A stretch of 63,862 bases of DNA, the filler included, from Lama guanicoe (Eukaryota): assembly GCA_013239625.1 (NCBI GenBank). It is 207 parts of 207 records of this genome, joined end to end, with 100 filler letters (N's around TTAATTAATTAA, not from the genome) between each part and the next. Parts side by side here need not be neighbours in the genome. Positions count along the whole stretch, not along the records: positions 56,856 to 57,064 come from PNXV01035591.1; positions 57,165 to 57,373 come from PNXV01035592.1; positions 57,474 to 57,682 come from PNXV01035593.1; positions 57,783 to 57,991 come from PNXV01035594.1; positions 58,092 to 58,300 come from PNXV01035595.1; positions 58,401 to 58,609 come from PNXV01035596.1; positions 58,710 to 58,918 come from PNXV01035597.1; positions 59,019 to 59,227 come from PNXV01035598.1; 199 more parts are not named here. One strand, written 5' to 3'. Every line of letters starts with the position of its first letter. Positions within the stretch are counted from its first letter, which is position 1. The notes beneath the pieces were generated by a model, which was given only the letters and a program-made list of their open reading frames with translations, searched no databases and was not told the origin of the DNA. Of the stretch, positions 56,756 to 63,862 are shown one piece after another. The translations under genes and the position numbers were made by a program.

Positions 56756-58400
56756 NNNNNNNNNNNNNNNNNNNNNNNNNNNNNNNNNNNNNNNNNNNNT
56801 TAATTAATTAANNNNNNNNNNNNNNNNNNNNNNNNNNNNNNNNNNNNNNNNNNNNAGTCTGTGATTCCATCTCCAGCCCCTGATACTTGGATGGCCTTGA
56901 CCTCTGAGCCAAGGGACGCAACACCTCTTATGGGGTTTGCTTTGGAAATTAAAAACTCAGACCTCAGGATGCTCTTGCCCACCCCTCCCATGTGCAGGCA
57001 GTTTTATCATGGCCACATAGAGAGTGAGCACTGGCTTAAAAGGCTGCACACACACACACACACANNNNNNNNNNNNNNNNNNNNNNNNNNNNNNNNNNNN
57101 NNNNNNNNTTAATTAATTAANNNNNNNNNNNNNNNNNNNNNNNNNNNNNNNNNNNNNNNNNNNNATTGTTTATAAGCCATGAACCCATGTTGAGTTTCAA
57201 GGATATTTCAACAAGTAAGAATAGTATTTTTATTCTTTGGGGGTTTTTAGTTTCTGAATTATTTGAACACACAGAATGCATACATGTGTGCAATTATGCA
57301 CACACACATTCACACATGCAAGCGCACAGGCCAGGATATATGTAGCATAATTACTAGCAGATTTGCCAGCAATNNNNNNNNNNNNNNNNNNNNNNNNNNN
57401 NNNNNNNNNNNNNNNNNTTAATTAATTAANNNNNNNNNNNNNNNNNNNNNNNNNNNNNNNNNNNNNNNNNNNNAGGTCTAGTTTGCAGTCAGATTTGCTC
57501 TTTCCTATTACACCTGCTGCCCCCACAGGGCTGGCATCAGTGAGGAAGAGCAACCCCAGCCCCACCCACCCTAGACCCTGAGAGTCACCTGCAGGGTGTG
57601 AGGAAGGCAGGGAGGGGGTTTCCAGTGCTGGTGAGGTCAACTAGACATGGTTGATGGATGGAGACTGACTGGAAAGGTAGAANNNNNNNNNNNNNNNNNN
57701 NNNNNNNNNNNNNNNNNNNNNNNNNNTTAATTAATTAANNNNNNNNNNNNNNNNNNNNNNNNNNNNNNNNNNNNNNNNNNNNCCTGCTTTAAATTCTCAC
57801 ATTTGATATTTCAAATGCAGTGTTTCCAAAGCAGTTTCACATGGGCACATTCACTTGCCCTCACAGCATCGCTTTGTGGTCAGAGGGGTTGGTTCTAGTC
57901 AGCCCATTTTCACTAGTGGACAAGCAAGGTGCCATCCTCATGACTGGTATCCATGTTGGGACTGACTGGCTCGAGGACTGGCCAGCCATGGNNNNNNNNN
58001 NNNNNNNNNNNNNNNNNNNNNNNNNNNNNNNNNNNTTAATTAATTAANNNNNNNNNNNNNNNNNNNNNNNNNNNNNNNNNNNNNNNNNNNNTTTTGGTCT
58101 CTTCTTTGCCTTTAGCCACAAAATTTATTGGTATTACACTAGAAAGAATCATTGTGTGCTTATTCTTAGAAAATGTACTAGTTTGATTTGAGGTCATTTG
58201 TGAAAGGAACTGCTATACAATGCCCAACCTCCTCTAGGATCAGAACCTCACATGGAGGACTACCTGCCTACCTCCCTTGCAGCTGGGATAGTCATGTGAC
58301 NNNNNNNNNNNNNNNNNNNNNNNNNNNNNNNNNNNNNNNNNNNNTTAATTAATTAANNNNNNNNNNNNNNNNNNNNNNNNNNNNNNNNNNNNNNNNNNNN

Positions 58401-58609
58401 AGGCACAGACTATTCAGAAATAAATTAATGAAAAATGTTAAAATGATTCCGATAAATGACTTAAAAAAAGAAAAAAAATGATTGAATGAACAGAAGAATA
58501 CACCATCCTTTTCGGTTGGCAGACTCAAATTTGGGGACATAGAACATTTTTTCTCCAAAGTAAATTTAGTATCTGAATGCAAATTTACTTAATAAACCCT
58601 AATGGATTT
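58401..58609 (+). mobile_element. Old L1M ORF2 fragment
   Basis: atacaccatccttttcggttggcagactcaa...tctccaaagtaaattta...aatgcaa. Confidence 0.6.
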
Positions 58610-60563
58610 NNNNNNNNNNNNNNNNNNNNNNNNNNNNNNNNNNNNNNNNNNNNTTAATTAATTAANNNNNNNNNNNNNNNNNNNNNNNNNNNNNNNNNNN
58701 NNNNNNNNNAAACAATTATAGATACAAAAAATCATTGACATGATTATTTTTCTGCTTCCAATAAAATACTAAGGCAGAACTGACCTCACGCCTCATCTAG
58801 AAGTCTTTGAAGCTATTGTAAAAAAAAAAAAAGCATAGTTATCAAAGTCTTTCCTGACCCTCTGTGGAAAAGTACAAAAAAGAGTGATGGGACAGGAATA
58901 GTAAAAATAAATGTCAAANNNNNNNNNNNNNNNNNNNNNNNNNNNNNNNNNNNNNNNNNNNNTTAATTAATTAANNNNNNNNNNNNNNNNNNNNNNNNNN
59001 NNNNNNNNNNNNNNNNNNAGTTATTTTATCTTTCAGCCATATGCTATTTTTTTCTCTTGCCAACATGTGTAAAAGGAGAGGCCAATCACAGGTGCAGATA
59101 CTGTGGTGTTCTTCTGTAACTCAAGTCTTGAGATGCTTTGTAGTGTTAAGCAAAGTTTCCTCTTGCTTGACACTAAGTCAACTTCTGAAAGAGAAAAAGA
59201 GACACAGACGTTTCTGCAAGTCCTCATNNNNNNNNNNNNNNNNNNNNNNNNNNNNNNNNNNNNNNNNNNNNTTAATTAATTAANNNNNNNNNNNNNNNNN
59301 NNNNNNNNNNNNNNNNNNNNNNNNNNNTGTTTTTATCCCACTGCCTCTTATTATTAATTTATATGCTGAAATAGATAAGCAGAGCGCAGAATCAAACCAG
59401 TACATAAGTATAACCATTCATTGTTTCTCCCGTCAGCTTCACTGTTGATTAATCTCTCTGAAAGCTTGAATAGTTTCTTAGGGGAAAATATTGGAAGGGC
59501 AGTTTTACCCCATGAGTTCCCTTAAATATGCTGTTANNNNNNNNNNNNNNNNNNNNNNNNNNNNNNNNNNNNNNNNNNNNTTAATTAATTAANNNNNNNN
59601 NNNNNNNNNNNNNNNNNNNNNNNNNNNNNNNNNNNNAACAGGATGCAGGTGAAACACTAACTCTGGATTCTCAGTCTGTTTCCTAAAGGAGGTTTGAAGT
59701 TCCTGCAGTTTTCACTGTAAAACCGTGTTTTAGCTTGTACACCCCATATATATGTATGTATGGAATTTGCAACTTAAAAGAAAATTTGTGTTCCCTATAA
59801 GCCATGGGAAGGATGGCTTTCGCACAGGCTTATCTCTCAAAACTGNNNNNNNNNNNNNNNNNNNNNNNNNNNNNNNNNNNNNNNNNNNNTTAATTAATTA
59901 ANNNNNNNNNNNNNNNNNNNNNNNNNNNNNNNNNNNNNNNNNNNNGCAGGAGCATAACGAGGGCGCAGGATGCAAGAACCTACCTGCAGGGTCCATGGTG
60001 CTCCTCCAGGAGGCTTTCTGGCCTCCAGCCCCGGAGGGAGCCCTGCAGCTGGGCCTCTACTGCCGGAAGTGAAGATGCCTCCTCCGTGTCCTGGAGACTG
60101 TGGCCACAGCCTCCTGCCTCTCCAGATGTGAACAGCTGGGCAGGATGATTCCTGNNNNNNNNNNNNNNNNNNNNNNNNNNNNNNNNNNNNNNNNNNNNTT
60201 AATTAATTAANNNNNNNNNNNNNNNNNNNNNNNNNNNNNNNNNNNNNNNNNNNNCAGCCCACCAGAGTATTTTCCAGTTTTCCCGTAAGGAATTCCTATT
60301 ATTTTATAATGAACGAGAAGAGTTAATGCACTCTGTACAGCAGACCAGCAGTGTTGGGTGTTTCATGTACAGTTAGACGCCCTTAGTGAGGTGTCTGAGG
60401 TCCTCCGTGACCCGGCTCCCTCTTCCACTTCATCTCCAAGGACTCTCGTCCTTCCCGTCTCTCNNNNNNNNNNNNNNNNNNNNNNNNNNNNNNNNNNNNN
60501 NNNNNNNTTAATTAATTAANNNNNNNNNNNNNNNNNNNNNNNNNNNNNNNNNNNNNNNNNNNN

Positions 60564-60772
60564 GCAAAAGATTCAGCCCCCAGTAGGCCTTGAGGCTCTA
60601 GATGGTGGGAGACGTGACTTCTAGTAGACCTTGAGCTTCATTATACACCCATTGTAATCTATTAGATGGTGAATAATGTGCCCACAGGTGCCATGACAGT
60701 CCCAAGGCTAGCCACAAAACGTTAAAGAGTGGGAAATGGCCAACTCCCTGGGAATCCCAGCCCCTTCCCCAG
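60564..60772 (+). mobile_element. ERV1 LTR, MER41-like
   Basis: gacttctagtagaccttgagcttcattatacaccc...cacaggtgccatgacagt...ctgggaatcccagcccc. Confidence 0.7.
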
Positions 60773-61181
60773 NNNNNNNNNNNNNNNNNNNNNNNNNNNN
60801 NNNNNNNNNNNNNNNNTTAATTAATTAANNNNNNNNNNNNNNNNNNNNNNNNNNNNNNNNNNNNNNNNNNNNAACCTAATAAACAAGTGGCACTTACAGC
60901 TGTACCACTTACTGTGATATTTTTATCCTCCAGGTCAAGAAGCTCAATGGGCAAGGATATAGATTTATTTATTTCAGGATCATAAGGCTATAAATAAAAG
61001 AGTTACTCTCAACTTCCCTGGGGTACCAAAATCAAAGAGTTTTATATTTGATGTCACATGAAGACAGTTTACAGCCATAGANNNNNNNNNNNNNNNNNNN
61101 NNNNNNNNNNNNNNNNNNNNNNNNNTTAATTAATTAANNNNNNNNNNNNNNNNNNNNNNNNNNNNNNNNNNNNNNNNNNNN

Positions 61182-61390
61182 AAAGTATGAGACTGCCTAT
61201 TTTCCCATAGCCTCAGCAACAGGATACAATATCCAATTTTAGAATTTTTGCTAATTTGAGAGGTATGGAATATTATCTGAGTATAATTTAATCTGTATTT
61301 ATCTTTCTACAAGTGAAACTGACCAGCTTTTCACATATTTAAAAGCCATTTCTACATCTTGTTTTGAATGTCTGCTGATGCCTTTTGCCT
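61182..61390 (-). mobile_element. Old L1ME-like fragment
   Basis: tttcccatagcctcagcaaca...tttttgctaatttga...cttttcacatatttaaaagccatt. Confidence 0.7.
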
Positions 61391-61539
61391 NNNNNNNNNN
61401 NNNNNNNNNNNNNNNNNNNNNNNNNNNNNNNNNNTTAATTAATTAANNNNNNNNNNNNNNNNNNNNNNNNNNNNNNNNNNNNNNNNNNNNTTTCCTGCTG
61501 GGATGAAGCCTGGTCTGGGGAACCTTGCTATTTATCATC

Positions 61540-61690
61540 TTCTCCATGCCTCATTTTGCTCATCTGTGTAATGGGAATGATAATAGTACCTTCCACTTAG
61601 GCTTGTGAGGATTAGGTGACTAAATTCGTAAAAAATGCTTGGAACAGTGTCTGGCACACAGTAAGTGCTTAATAAGCATAAGTTCTTGTT
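61540..61690 (+). mobile_element. MIR fragment
   Basis: gcctcattttgctcatctgtgtaatgggaatgataatagtacct...tgtgaggatta...ctggcacacagtaagtgcttaataa. Confidence 0.85.
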
Positions 61691-61799
61691 ATCCAGTGTN
61701 NNNNNNNNNNNNNNNNNNNNNNNNNNNNNNNNNNNNNNNNNNNTTAATTAATTAANNNNNNNNNNNNNNNNNNNNNNNNNNNNNNNNNNNNNNNNNNNN

Positions 61800-62008
61800 C
61801 ACCCTCAACCCCAATAAAGGCAGAACCCCAGTCACGGCTTCACCCCACCTCCCACCTCCGGGTCCACCCCTGGTGACCTCACTGTCTTGCCTCAGGTATG
61901 CTGTGTAATTTCCAGGTCTTGTAAGTAATAAACCTTTATTTTTTGAGTTCCCTACTGGTAATTGCTGAAGGGCATCTTGCAACCATAGTAAGAACAAGGG
62001 CCAGTCCA
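61800..62008 (+). mobile_element. ERVL-type LTR 3' part
   Basis: cccaataaaggc...tgtaagtaataaacc...ttgctgaagggcatcttgcaaccatagtaagaac. Confidence 0.55.
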
Positions 62009-63862
62009 NNNNNNNNNNNNNNNNNNNNNNNNNNNNNNNNNNNNNNNNNNNNTTAATTAATTAANNNNNNNNNNNNNNNNNNNNNNNNNNNNNNNNNNNN
62101 NNNNNNNNAAAATGATAAACAATTGCATTACCCCTTTTAACAGAATCTAAAAGGGAAAAAAGTAAAGTGAAAATAAAACTCACAAGTCCAATGTTCATAC
62201 CCTGCTCCACCAAGGATCTGAAGGTAAAGATAAGAACACCTCATTTTCCTTTAACAATCCTGACCCCTGGGTGTGCATTTATTACTTTATTTTTCAATTT
62301 ATTAAGCACCCACTATGNNNNNNNNNNNNNNNNNNNNNNNNNNNNNNNNNNNNNNNNNNNNTTAATTAATTAANNNNNNNNNNNNNNNNNNNNNNNNNNN
62401 NNNNNNNNNNNNNNNNNGACCAGCCGCCGGCGTAGATGCCTCCACCACCCACCCCACACGATGGGCAGCTTCTTCCCGGCTCCCTGCCGCGGGCCTGATG
62501 CCCTGGAGCGAGGAAGGCTCCTCCCTCCAGGGTCCCGGCTTCCTGAACCCGGCCGGCCCGCTGCAGGCATCTCCATTGGGCCCGCAGCACCGCCGGGTGC
62601 CCCGTGTCCTCTGCGTACGCCCTGCCNNNNNNNNNNNNNNNNNNNNNNNNNNNNNNNNNNNNNNNNNNNNTTAATTAATTAANNNNNNNNNNNNNNNNNN
62701 NNNNNNNNNNNNNNNNNNNNNNNNNNAATTTATAAGCTTAGTTTTTGGATAATGCCTCAGCAAAAGTAAGAAAGACAGAACAAACTACAAGTGAGAAAAC
62801 CCAAGGGAGCTAAGAAATGTGGTGCCATCACTTATAGAAAATTCTATAATGCAGAGCAAATAGGGCTGCTTGACCAATTTTTTCATTGGGTGGAGTGAAG
62901 GAAGAGATGGCTCTGGCTAATTTAGCCCAGGCCCTNNNNNNNNNNNNNNNNNNNNNNNNNNNNNNNNNNNNNNNNNNNNTTAATTAATTAANNNNNNNNN
63001 NNNNNNNNNNNNNNNNNNNNNNNNNNNNNNNNNNNGCTCAAACTGATGGGCATGCTAATAGAGGGACATACAAGTCATGTTAGCGTTGGTGCGGGACACA
63101 TTATTAATTGCGAGGCGGCGATAGAAAAGATTAAACTGAGAAAGATTCAAATAAAAGGTATGCATGTGCCTAAAGCTTTAAGGGTTTTAAATGTTGAGCA
63201 GGAATTTTTCCAATTGAGAAGAGCAAGGGCAGGAAGATTTGAAANNNNNNNNNNNNNNNNNNNNNNNNNNNNNNNNNNNNNNNNNNNNTTAATTAATTAA
63301 NNNNNNNNNNNNNNNNNNNNNNNNNNNNNNNNNNNNNNNNNNNNCAGGAGCCCCTCCTCTCTGGAGACGGTCTTTGCCACTTACAGTCTCAGTCGAGCCA
63401 ACATAACTGCTATGGACCTTTGGAAGTGCAGGACCAGAGCATACCTGGGAGCTCACACCCTATATATTTAAACATTTTAATTGCAGGAGATTCTAAGGTC
63501 CTGACTTTACAAATACACATTCATTATAAGGGGGAAGGCCAGGTTCAAAATTANNNNNNNNNNNNNNNNNNNNNNNNNNNNNNNNNNNNNNNNNNNNTTA
63601 ATTAATTAANNNNNNNNNNNNNNNNNNNNNNNNNNNNNNNNNNNNNNNNNNNNTACTTCTCTTGCAAGCTTTTCTCTAAGGTAGAAATTATGTCAAAAAT
63701 GTTTTTAAACTCTGGAGTAGAATTGGAGACTTAGCACAGACATCTAAAGATATTTATGTATATGTCTAAAGATTATATATATACATGTGTATCTACCAAA
63801 TATCCATATTTGATAGTTGAATGTTATGAATCTAGAAAATGCGAGAGCTAGTGCTTTCTGTA

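Larger units (their letters stand above)
210..63653. other. 206 artificial 100-bp scaffolding linkers N44-TTAATTAATTAA-N44 (six-frame stop linker) separating 207 contigs of ~209 bp
   Basis: First linker: N 210-253, TTAATTAATTAA 254-265, N 266-309. It recurs every 309 bp (once 308). 206x209+208+206x100=63862 matches the window length. The 12-mer is palindromic and has TAA in all frames. Confidence 0.99.

Noticed and set aside
63036..63244. Frame open across the contig (MGMLIEGHTSHVSVGAGHIINCEAAIEKIKL...), considered as a microbial contaminant or exon
   Set aside because: No recognisable motif or splice signals. Many such open frames are expected by chance among about 1240 frames of 69 codons.
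1181..63605. Large apparent family of small ORFs ending in X-run plus LIN or N
   Set aside because: The shared C-terminus is translation through Ns into TTAATTAATTAA. The length threshold is often reached only by counting X residues.
210..63653. CRISPR-like or integron-like array of constant repeats and unique equal-length spacers
   Set aside because: The repeat is an N-padded six-frame stop linker, the inserts are mammalian genomic fragments, and no cas or integrase genes are present.

Overview
This is not a contiguous locus. The window is an artificial concatenation of 207 tiny unplaced mammalian contigs (206 of 209 bp and one of 208 bp, at 4018-4225). They are joined by an identical 100-bp linker, N44-TTAATTAATTAA-N44, which has stop codons in all six frames. 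Most ORFs in the supplied track (those ending XXXX-LIN, XXXX-N or XXXX) are linker artefacts, and neighbouring fragments imply no physical linkage. Vic-1-type tRNA-derived SINEs and cetartiodactyl-type L1/LTR pieces point to a camelid (alpaca, llama or camel). Most recognisable content is L1, MIR/L2, MaLR/ERV LTR and DNA-transposon debris or simple repeats; many fragments could not be identified. Recognisable exon fragments are SH3YL1, intestinal-type alkaline phosphatase, HMCN2, CASS4, an OR2T-family olfactory receptor, OTOF and an unidentified signal-peptide exon. Two signals stand out. (1) Four near-identical contig pairs first differ at base 50, and three of them last differ at base 160, the footprint of de Bruijn bubbles with 49-bp overlaps. 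(2) Copies of normally single-copy genes look damaged (SH3YL1 with an in-frame stop, OTOF heavily decayed, CASS4 with a broken SH3 motif), suggesting collapsed camelid segmental duplications. No novel multi-gene system can be supported from this window. Gene and repeat names come from recalled sequences, not from a database search.
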